A DNA stretch of 64,000 nt from an uncultured Planctomycetaceae bacterium (GTDB lineage Bacteria > Planctomycetota > Planctomycetia > Pirellulales > JAEUIK01): NCBI GenBank assembly GCA_964495375.1, contig CAZBWM010000023.1, positions 2,795-66,794 on the forward strand, read 5' to 3'. The notes under the pieces were generated by a model, which worked only from the letters and a program-made list of their open reading frames with translations, was not told where the DNA came from and did no database searches. Positions within the stretch are counted from its first letter, which is position 1. The number at the start of each line of letters is the position of its first letter. Positions 54,858 to 62,893 of the stretch are shown in pieces. The position numbers were made by a program, and so were the translations under genes.

Positions 54858-56402
54858 TCAGCGGCGCGAAGAGTGCCCCACGCTGAGCAAGCGGCGCGAG
54901 CGTGATCGCTTGGCGTCGTGCACTGAGCTGTCGATCTCGCGCGCCGGATTGGCGAAGCTTACCTCTGGACCGACCTCGCTCGGCTCGGCGGGTCGAATCA
55001 CGTCGGCCTGGGCAAAGTGGCGCAACTCCGCCAGCACTTGCGGAGCTTCGACGTAGCTATTGAGCACATGATGTCGGCGCACGCTGCGCGTCACGTCCAT
55101 CTGCGAGACGAGTTGACTGCGGGATTTCAGTTTCGCGGCCTCGAGCACGCCGCTGTAGCCGAGCGCCGGGGGACCGCCCGCCCCGTAGAGCAGCGAATAG
55201 AAACACAGGTACGGATCGCGCGCGTTGACCGTGGCCAGCACGCAATCGACGGAGAACAGCGCCGCGCTATATCGCCCATCGACGCCAAAGCAGTTGGCGT
55301 CAATCGCCGCGGCAATCAGGATCGCACGAATTCCGCAGCGCTCGGGGTGGACGCGCGGCTCCAGCCGGCGATGGTGAACGGCGCCACCACCAAGCAGGTG
55401 CAACCCGCTGGAGATCAACCGCGTGCCGTAGCTGTAGCCGACGAGCGTCACCGGCACGCGCGGATCGAGTTGATCGAGCAGCCAGGCCAGGTAGTAGGAT
55501 TGAGCCTCGGCGCGGGCGGCCTTCATGCGCGCGTCGCGCACCATCGACTTACCGCAGCGATCGGCCGGCCAGGTGAAGATGACGAAGCGCCACGAGCCGC
55601 AGGCCCCGTCGGTGAGCAGTTCGCGCATCCGGTTGCCGGTGAAGTGGGCGTCGTCTTCAGTCGCCCAATTGCCGTGCACGTAGAAGGTCGTACGCGTGTT
55701 TGGATCGTCGGTGGCCAGAAAGGCTGCAAGCGTCGACGGAACCCAGCCTTCGCCGGCCGCATAACATTCGAAATCCATCTGCGCGGCCTGCGCGGCGGGG
55801 TCTCCCTCGAGCGGCAGATTCCGCGTGCTGACGTACCACACGCTGCACCCGGGAGCGACCGGCGCGATGCGGTCTCCCGCGGCGATGTCCTCGGTAGAGG
55901 GTGTAGCGAATTCGCTCGGCGAAAGGGCGCTCTCGATTTCATCATTCGACGGCAGATCGGAAGGCGGCTCCGCAAGCTCGGCGGCCGGCTCTTCCGCGGG
56001 CGGATCGGCAACTTCGTCAGCAGGTGGTTCCGCAGGCAGATCTCCAATGCCGAAATCGAGCACGTGCGGCGCCGGGCGGCGCGGCGATGGCAATACGTCG
56101 TCATGCTCAGCGCGTGGCGCCTGGAGATCGCGAGCACTGTCCTCGGTTGCATGCTCGTCTTGTGCGGCGTCGCTCGACTCGACGACGGGCTTGAATTGGC
56201 GCCGCGCGACGAGCGCTACTTCGTCCGCGCGTGCAGCGCTTGTCGCTACGACCAGCGCGACGAGTACAAACAGGCTGCGCGATACCGTCGCTAACACGCC
56301 TTTGATCCTCGTCACCGCTGCGCTCCACACGGTCGTCGCGATCGCGCACCTGCGGCGCGTGATCGCTCGAATTGCACTAATCAGTATTCGGCTGCCGACC
56401 AT
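54858..56402 (-). CDS. Exported alpha/beta hydrolase (DUF900-like)
   Basis: TFYVHGNW, FTWPA, LVGYSYGTR; signal peptide and acidic Pro-rich linker. Start uncertain. Confidence 0.75.
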   Translation of the reverse strand: MVGSRILISAIRAITRRRCAIATTVWSAAVTRIKGVLATVSRSLFVLVALVVATSAARADEVALVARRQFKPVVESSDAAQDEHATEDSARDLQAPRAEHDDVLPSPRRPAPHVLDFGIGDLPAEPPADEVADPPAEEPAAELAEPPSDLPSNDEIESALSPSEFATPSTEDIAAGDRIAPVAPGCSVWYVSTRNLPLEGDPAAQAAQMDFECYAAGEGWVPSTLAAFLATDDPNTRTTFYVHGNWATEDDAHFTGNRMRELLTDGACGSWRFVIFTWPADRCGKSMVRDARMKAARAEAQSYYLAWLLDQLDPRVPVTLVGYSYGTRLISSGLHLLGGGAVHHRRLEPRVHPERCGIRAILIAAAIDANCFGVDGRYSAALFSVDCVLATVNARDPYLCFYSLLYGAGGPPALGYSGVLEAAKLKSRSQLVSQMDVTRSVRRHHVLNSYVEAPQVLAELRHFAQADVIRPAEPSEVGPEVSFANPAREIDSSVHDAKRSRSRRLLSVGHSSRR

Positions 56403-56530
56403 GCCGGCGCGCAGATGAATCGTGTTGAAAAAAAACGACACGGTGAATTTGCACATCAAGGCAAGTGGGGTAGAGTTGCTTGACCTCAACGGCCACTCGC
56501 CGGCGAAACGAATTTGCACGGAGACGTGTC

Positions 56531-56737
56531 ATGAAGATGCTGAAGTTTGTGGCGGTCGTAGCGTTGCTCGCGGCGAGCACCGTCGGCTGCAAGTCGGGAA
56601 ATTGTTTTAATCGCGGCGCCTCGTGCCCCTCCTGCGGACAACAGCCGGCGCCCCCCTGTGGTGCTGAAGGCTGCTACGGTCCGCAAGGTGGCGGAATGGG
56701 CATGCCGTCCGAAACGTTCGCGCCTGGCCCGGCCTAA
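56531..56737 (+). CDS. Small Cys/Gly/Pro-rich lipoprotein
   Basis: GGAG RBS, then MKMLKFVAVVALLAASTVGC lipobox and CFNRGASCPSCG...C...C. Confidence 0.75.
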   Translation: MKMLKFVAVVALLAASTVGCKSGNCFNRGASCPSCGQQPAPPCGAEGCYGPQGGGMGMPSETFAPGPA

Positions 56738-56865
56738 GGCGGACGCTGGCTGCCGCGGCGCGCACTCCACCGCGCTAGCGGCCGCGACGGCCACACCAGG
56801 CCTTGGCCAGTCGCGCGCAATGTCTCATGTCAGAAGCCACGCAGGACCCCGAACTCAACGGTCAC

Positions 56866-57030
56866 GCTGCGTCGCGGCGATCTTGCCCTCCGGGTGATCG
56901 CAGCACGAACTGCGTGATCGTTCGAGGACTCGACGGGCTCCGTGAGCGCAGCGTCGAACTGCCCCGCGGTTCAGGCAACGCGCCCACGGTCGCTCCCAGG
57001 CGATCCCGCCCACGGCTGCTGGCAGACGTT
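56866..57030 (+). ncRNA. Candidate 6S RNA (ssrS)
   Basis: Nested rod of stems with an asymmetric central bubble; contains TCGAAC...GGTTCAGG, like the 6S 3' motif TTGAACC...GGTTCAAG. Four G-U pairs favour the + strand. Ends approximate. Confidence 0.5.
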
Positions 57031-57096
57031 GCGAAGCAGCGCTGCGAACGCGCCGGCGCGGCGTGACAATACTCTCCCCAAGAGCTACCCGCGGAT

Positions 57097-57145
57097 TCCG
57101 CAGCCGAAGTAATCCTGACTTCGGCTGCGGAGCCGCGCGGTTTTT
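57097..57145 (+). terminator. Intrinsic terminator
   Basis: Perfect 14-bp stem tccgcagccgaagt/acttcggctgcgga with a 7-nt loop, followed by TTTTTCTT at 57141. Confidence 0.7.
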
Positions 57146-57242
57146 CTTGTCGCGGCCGGCTGCCATGCCGTCGAGCCGAACCGATGAGTTTGTCCGAGTC
57201 CGCGCGGCTCAAGGACGATGCGCAAGCGTAAAGGAGTCTGCG

Positions 57243-57530
57243 ATGAAGTCGCGAGCCTCGAGTGCTCGGCCGCACGTGCGTGGTCGCGCGCTATTGCGTC
57301 AACTATTCGCAGAGCAGCCGGAGCGCTCGCTGGTGGCGCCACCTGCGCCCGCAGCCGCTGCGCGATTAAGCGCTCCGCCCGCGCTCTCAGCGCTCGCCTG
57401 GCTCAAGGGCTTTCGCGTCGACGCGCCCGCCGAGCCGAGCTTCACGCCGGCGAGCAAACGCACGGCCGAACGGTCGACCACGTCGCGCGACACCGCGCGG
57501 CCACTGGCCCCCGCGCCGCGGGCGCGTTAG
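57243..57530 (+). CDS. Possible small hypothetical protein
   Basis: AAGGAG 6 nt before ATG 57243. Low-complexity Ala/Pro/Arg sequence with no recognisable family. Confidence 0.35.
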   Translation: MKSRASSARPHVRGRALLRQLFAEQPERSLVAPPAPAAAARLSAPPALSALAWLKGFRVDAPAEPSFTPASKRTAERSTTSRDTARPLAPAPRAR

Positions 57531-57571
57531 ACTGCCGCGCTTTCGCCTTGTAGAAAGCGCACCTTCTGTCG

Positions 57572-58948
57572 ATGACCGCTCCACATGACTCGCCTGTTGG
57601 CGACCCACTCGCGGCTCGCGATCGAGCCGTGCTCATTCATTCGCTGCACAATCGCGCGCTGCAGCAGCATCCGCACATTTGGACCCGCGGCGCTGGCGCG
57701 CTGTTGTGGGATCAAACCGGCCAGGAGTTTCTCGACGGCCTGGCCGGCCTGTGGAACGTCATCGCCGGGCACGGTCGCCAAGAGCTGGCCGACGCCGCCG
57801 CGCGGCAAATGAGCGAGTTGGCGTATGCCTCGGCTTATGCCGGCTGTTCGAGCCAACCGGCAATCGAACTCGGCGAACGCCTGGCCGAGCTGTTCTATCC
57901 CGGCATCACGAAGTTTTTCTTTACGTCGGGTGGCGCCGAAAGCAACGAATCGGCCATCAAAACCGCGCGCTACTTCGCGCGGCTCAACGGTTACCCAGAC
58001 AAGCATAAGGTGATCGGCCGCCGCTGGGGCTATCACGGCACCACCTTGGCCGCGATGTCGGCCACGGGCATTGGCAGCTACTGGCCGATGTTCGAGCCGC
58101 GCGTGCCGGGCTTCCTGCACATCGAAGGTCCGTATCCGTATCGATTCAACGCCGCGCCGCGCGGAGCCGACGATCGGCGCACGCCCGGCGAGATGGCGGC
58201 CGACCTGCTCGAAGAAGCCATCTTGCGCGAAGGGCCCGACACCGTGGCCGCCTTCCTGGGCGAACCGGTGCAAGGGGCCGGCGGTGTGATCGTCCCTCCC
58301 GATGATTACTGGCCGCGCATTCGGCAAATCTGCGACCGCTACAAAGTGCTGCTGATCGCCGACGAAGTTATCACCGGGTTCGGTCGCACGGGGCCTTGGT
58401 TCGCGCTGGAGCGCTACGGAATCGAACCCGACCTCGTCACCTTCGCCAAAGGAATCACCAGCGGATATTTTCCGTTGGGAGGAGTCGGGCTGCGGAGCGA
58501 TATTGCTGACGCGATCGACGCCGCCAGCGGACCACAAACGTGGATGCACGCGTTCACCTACTCGGGTCACCCGACGGGCTGCGCCGTGGCGCTGGCCAAT
58601 CTCGACGTGATCGAGCGCGAAGGCTTGCGCGAGCGGGCAGCGGAGCTCGGGCAACGCCTGTTGACTGGCCTGCAATCGCTGGCCGGACATCCGCACATCG
58701 GCGACGTGCGCGGCTTGGGGCTGATGGCGGCCGTGGAATTCGTCGCCGACAAAGGGACGAAGGCGGAGTTCCCCCCTGAGCGGGCGATCGGCGCCAAGGT
58801 TCACTTGGCGACGCAGCGCCGTGGTCTCTTCACCCGGCTGCGTGGCGACGTCTATAACCTGGCCCCTTGCTACGTCACAACCGACGCCCAAATCGACCGT
58901 ATGGTCAGCATTTTGGGCGATTCGATCGACGAAGTGCTGGGGAGCTAG
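57572..58948 (+). CDS. PLP-dependent aminotransferase class III (omega-amine/putrescine-pyruvate type)
   Basis: DGLAGLWN, GGAESNE, YHGTT, GEPVQGAGG, LIADEVITGFGRTG, FAKGITSGY, HAFTYSGHP. Confidence 0.95.
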   Translation: MTAPHDSPVGDPLAARDRAVLIHSLHNRALQQHPHIWTRGAGALLWDQTGQEFLDGLAGLWNVIAGHGRQELADAAARQMSELAYASAYAGCSSQPAIELGERLAELFYPGITKFFFTSGGAESNESAIKTARYFARLNGYPDKHKVIGRRWGYHGTTLAAMSATGIGSYWPMFEPRVPGFLHIEGPYPYRFNAAPRGADDRRTPGEMAADLLEEAILREGPDTVAAFLGEPVQGAGGVIVPPDDYWPRIRQICDRYKVLLIADEVITGFGRTGPWFALERYGIEPDLVTFAKGITSGYFPLGGVGLRSDIADAIDAASGPQTWMHAFTYSGHPTGCAVALANLDVIEREGLRERAAELGQRLLTGLQSLAGHPHIGDVRGLGLMAAVEFVADKGTKAEFPPERAIGAKVHLATQRRGLFTRLRGDVYNLAPCYVTTDAQIDRMVSILGDSIDEVLGS

Positions 58949-59126
58949 GTCCCGCGACAGACCGTTTTGCCCGCCGCTTCGGCCCGATTTGCCGCCCAAT
59001 TCTGGCACCTAAACCGGCCGCAAATCCGCGAAGTACACTAGAAAGTGCGCGCAAGCCCGGGTCGGATGATCGCATCCGGGCTGCTCGCCGGGTGGAATCC
59101 ATCGCGATTTTTCGAGGCCGCCGGTC

Positions 59127-60410
59127 ATGCGATTCTTGTCTGTCGTCGTTTGTTTGGCACTGCTGGTGATTTGCTGGCCCGCTCCCAGCGCGCGTTCGGC
59201 GCCAGGATCGGCGACCGAGCCCGCCGGCGCGGCCGGTGGTTCAGCGACGTTTGAAGACGACACGCTGAAGCCTGATGGCGAACGCCCGACGAAGCCATCG
59301 CCCGGCGATCGCAAACCGACGACAAAGAAGAAAAAGCCCAAGCCGAAGTCGTCCGACGACAATGCCGGCGCGGATAGCGCCAACAAGCCTGACCTCGGCC
59401 CCAAGCTGGGAGACACGCAGGTTCAGCAGATCAAGATCGGCATCAGCATCACGGCCGAAGGGGGCGCGTGCGAAGGAATTGTCGCGACGACGCCGGTGCC
59501 GATCGACTGGGCCGAGCAACAAGTCAAAGTCATCGAGCAGGATGTCTCTGCGGCGGTGCGCGAGTTCGAAGACTTCCGCATGATCGATGGCACGGTGAAG
59601 CAGATGGTGCTCACCGTTCCCTATCTGGCGGCCGGCGAAGAGGCGCACGCGATCCTCACGTTCGAGGTCACGCGCCGCGGGCTGGTTTCGCCCGACAACA
59701 CGGCGGAGCTGATTGTTCCCAAGAAGCTCGATCGGCAGCTTCGCACCTACCTGGCGGCAAGCATCGGGATCGAAGTGCGCAGTCCCAAGATTCGCGCGCT
59801 GGCGAAAGAGATCGCCGCCAAGCTGAAAGCGGATGGCCCCAGCGACGAAGCGCTCGCCACGGTGGCTGACAAGCCGTCGGAAAACCAGGACGTGCAAGAT
59901 GCCGTAGCCGGGGCGGTTGGTGTCGCTGGTGAAGACCGCTCAGAAGCTGCAGAAAGCGGTGAGCCCACCACCTGGCAACTCGTCGAGGCCATGTACGACT
60001 GGGTGCGCGCGAACGTCGAGTACAAAGAAGGCCCCTTCAAAGGGGCGATGGACGCGCTGAAGGACGGGCACGGCGACTGCGAAGAGCTCAGCTCACTGTT
60101 CATCGCGCTCTGCCGCGCGAGTGGTATTCCGGCCCGCACCGTGTGGATTGCCGGGCATTGCTACCCCGAGTTCTACCTGACCGATGCGGAGGGCAACGGT
60201 TACTGGTTCCCTTGCCAGGCGGCCGGCAGCCGCGATTTCGGCGGCATCGCCGAGCACCGGCCGATCCTGCAAAAGGGAGACAACTTCTCTGACCCCGACC
60301 GGCCGGGCCGCAAGCTGCGCTACGTCAGCGAGCACCTGAAGGTGGCGAACGCGGTTGGCAAGCCGCGGGTGAAGTTCATTCGCGAGCCGATCGGCATCGC
60401 AACGCCGTAA
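59127..60410 (+). CDS. Exported transglutaminase-like domain protein
   Basis: Signal peptide; GDCEELS..FIALCRASGIPAR and GHCYPEF. Confidence 0.87.
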   Translation: MRFLSVVVCLALLVICWPAPSARSAPGSATEPAGAAGGSATFEDDTLKPDGERPTKPSPGDRKPTTKKKKPKPKSSDDNAGADSANKPDLGPKLGDTQVQQIKIGISITAEGGACEGIVATTPVPIDWAEQQVKVIEQDVSAAVREFEDFRMIDGTVKQMVLTVPYLAAGEEAHAILTFEVTRRGLVSPDNTAELIVPKKLDRQLRTYLAASIGIEVRSPKIRALAKEIAAKLKADGPSDEALATVADKPSENQDVQDAVAGAVGVAGEDRSEAAESGEPTTWQLVEAMYDWVRANVEYKEGPFKGAMDALKDGHGDCEELSSLFIALCRASGIPARTVWIAGHCYPEFYLTDAEGNGYWFPCQAAGSRDFGGIAEHRPILQKGDNFSDPDRPGRKLRYVSEHLKVANAVGKPRVKFIREPIGIATP

Positions 60411-60433
60411 CTGCGAATAAGAAGAAGGTGAAC

Positions 60434-60458
60434 CACGGATTGCACGGATGACACGGAT
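60434..60458. repeat. Nonamer tandem repeat (CACGGATnn x3)
   Basis: cacggat at 60434, 60443 and 60452, period 9, intergenic. Confidence 0.85.
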
Positions 60459-60523
60459 GTGTTCGACTTAGTGGCGCGTTCGCGGCGACGTTTGACTTGC
60501 TCAATCTCTCAGGATCGCCCGCC

Positions 60524-61129
60524 ATGTCGCTGGTGCGGTGGGGTAAACGCTGGTACCCGACCATTAAGGACACGCAGTACGCGAAAGTGCTGCATGACAT
60601 TCGCCACGCGCGACGTGTCGCACTTCACGAGGGAATTCGCCCCACCAGTCTCATTACTTGGCGGGACGACTTTCGCCGTATCATCCGCAACGGACGTGTG
60701 ACGGCCTGCTTCCCGAATCTCAACCAGCGCGACATTGAATCGGTTTGTATCGCTCTGTGGTTAGTCGGGCGCATGCAGGCGAAGCACGGCGTGTCGATCG
60801 TGGCCGACCATCGCAGTCACGCCGATGCAAGGGTGCGACGCGAAGCGGCGCGCGCCTTGCGACGGCTCGGAGCGTGGTCCGAACTGCGTGCGATGGTCGA
60901 CGACACGAGCCCGCTCGTGCGGGGCTTCACGCGCGACGATGGTCCGCGCCCGCTTGCGGTGCGCCTCGAGCGCTTCAAGCAAATGGTCGCGCCGCTCGAT
61001 CGACCGAAGTCCCACGCTCGCGCGTCGTGGTTTGCCAGGTTGCCGATTGAGCCAGGGCGGCAGCCGAAGCCCGCGCATCTAATCCGCGCAATCCTCGAAC
61101 GCATCCGCCGATTGGTTCACGGTATCTGA
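60524..61129 (+). CDS. HEAT-repeat-containing hypothetical protein
   Basis: SHADARVRREAARALRRLG...MVDDTSPLVR. Confidence 0.68.
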   Translation: MSLVRWGKRWYPTIKDTQYAKVLHDIRHARRVALHEGIRPTSLITWRDDFRRIIRNGRVTACFPNLNQRDIESVCIALWLVGRMQAKHGVSIVADHRSHADARVRREAARALRRLGAWSELRAMVDDTSPLVRGFTRDDGPRPLAVRLERFKQMVAPLDRPKSHARASWFARLPIEPGRQPKPAHLIRAILERIRRLVHGI

Positions 61130-61152
61130 ACCACATCAACTGACGAGCACCT

Positions 61153-62697
61153 CTAAACGTGCTCCGCGCGGCGCTCGACGACGTATTCGGCCTTGATGCC
61201 ATTGCGGGCGAAGAGTCGCTTCTCGAGATCCGCTTCGTTCGGCTCGAAAACGACGCGATCGGCCGACACTTCGGTGTAGTACTTGAGCCGTTCTTGAATC
61301 TTGGCTTCGATGTCCGCCTGGGGGCGACCCTGTTCGGCCACCACGTTCACGGCCAGCACATCGCGGGCGTACTGCTGGTCCCCTTCCGACTCGATCGACA
61401 CCTGGAAGTTGCGCACACCCGGCGTGTCGCGGATCGCCTCGATCAAGCTCGAAAGATCGACGCGCGTTCCTTTGATCTTGGTGAAGTCTTTCACCGCGCG
61501 GCAAATCGGCGGGAACAGTCGCGGGAACGTGTAACCGCAGTGTGGGCAGCGATCCCAGCGCATGCCCCCTTTGATGAGGTCGCCCGTCCAGTAGCGCACC
61601 AGCACCGTGCCGCGCCAACCGATGTGGCTGAATACCAGTACGCCCGGCTCGCCGGGGGCCACCGGTTCGCGCGTCTCAGGGTGCAAAATCTCCCAATAGA
61701 AAAACTTGGGATTGAGGTGGATGCCGCTCGCTTCGCAGCATTCCAACGCGGGCCACTTCATCTCGGTCATGCCGAGCGATTGATAGATGCGGAAACGCGG
61801 ATGGGCACCGAGTTGAATCGCCAGCGAGCGAATGTAGTCGCGGAGCGATTCGCTCATTGGCTCGGCCCCTACCGCCACGCGCTTGAAATTCGAGAGCGGG
61901 CCGATCGCCCCTTCCTGCTGCAACACGAGCGCACGCCGCAGCCAGTGCACCAGGTAACTGGGGACCGCCGTGAGCGACGAGAAACCGCCCGCCGCGAAGA
62001 TACTGATCTGCCGATCGGTGGGGATGACGTTGCCGCCGAAGGTGTCGAACGTCGAGGTGCCGATCGCCGCCTTGGCCAGGACAGGCGTAAAGAACGCCAG
62101 GTGAGGAGCGCCGGGAAAGATGTTCAGCGCGCGCTCGGCCCAATCGAAGTAGGGCTCTTCGGGATCGACCTTTTTCGGCAGGATCATCAGCGAGACGATC
62201 TCGGGGATGACGTGCGAGAGCTCAAAGTGCGTGTAGGTCGACGGTGTAGGATTGCCGGTCGAACCGGTCGACACATGAAAGTGAATCGGCAACCACTCGG
62301 CCAGCCCGCGGCGGCGAGCGCGTTCTCGCAGGTTCGAGCGCCGCACGGGGCGCGACCAATCGCGCGGGCGATCGATCAGGGCCTCCCACACGTACTTGAG
62401 CAGCTTGCCGCGCGCGATGGGGGCGGTCTCGTAGCCGGCCGGTGGGCCAGGCACGCCGGGAAACTTCGGCTGCAGAATGAACAGCGTGGGGTCGGCCCGG
62501 AGCACGTCCTTCTCGACGATCGGCAACCGGCGCAAGTCGTCGGCCGTGCGGAGCGACGCGAGGTCGATCCCTTTTTCGCGGTACAGGCGCCGCAGATACG
62601 GGTGATACGGCCCGACGTATTCGCGGAGGTAGCGGATCAGGCGATCGGCCGCGCGGCGCTGCTGCTCGTGCGGCTCGAGGTCGTAGTAGTTGGCCAT
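61153..62697 (-). CDS. Phenylacetate-CoA ligase-like adenylate-forming enzyme (PaaK family, divergent)
   Basis: HPYLRRLY, LRRLPIVEKD, VSTGSTGNP, LGMTE, PVAPGEPGVLV, RYWTGD. Confidence 0.85.
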   Translation of the reverse strand: MANYYDLEPHEQQRRAADRLIRYLREYVGPYHPYLRRLYREKGIDLASLRTADDLRRLPIVEKDVLRADPTLFILQPKFPGVPGPPAGYETAPIARGKLLKYVWEALIDRPRDWSRPVRRSNLRERARRRGLAEWLPIHFHVSTGSTGNPTPSTYTHFELSHVIPEIVSLMILPKKVDPEEPYFDWAERALNIFPGAPHLAFFTPVLAKAAIGTSTFDTFGGNVIPTDRQISIFAAGGFSSLTAVPSYLVHWLRRALVLQQEGAIGPLSNFKRVAVGAEPMSESLRDYIRSLAIQLGAHPRFRIYQSLGMTEMKWPALECCEASGIHLNPKFFYWEILHPETREPVAPGEPGVLVFSHIGWRGTVLVRYWTGDLIKGGMRWDRCPHCGYTFPRLFPPICRAVKDFTKIKGTRVDLSSLIEAIRDTPGVRNFQVSIESEGDQQYARDVLAVNVVAEQGRPQADIEAKIQERLKYYTEVSADRVVFEPNEADLEKRLFARNGIKAEYVVERRAEHV

Positions 62698-62893
62698 GAG
62701 TAGCAGGTGAGCTGCGCGCGAGTGTGGGAAGAAGCTGCGCGTGACGGCAGCCAGCGTGATGCAGGTGCTGCCCTTCTATCGGCTAGGTGGCGGGTTGTCA
62801 AACCGCGGGTGACCACCAGTTGCCTCGTTTCGCTTGAGAACGCAGCGCGAAATCTGGCTAGAATAAGGCGACCTTGAATTCATGGAGGATGGC

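Noticed and set aside
56803-57066. 87-aa ORF on the + strand
   Set aside because: No RBS or recognisable motif; the region is better explained by a structured RNA.
57181-57188. CCGATGAG resembling a hammerhead ribozyme core
   Set aside because: The core needs CUGAUGA plus a downstream GAAA and three stems, which are absent.
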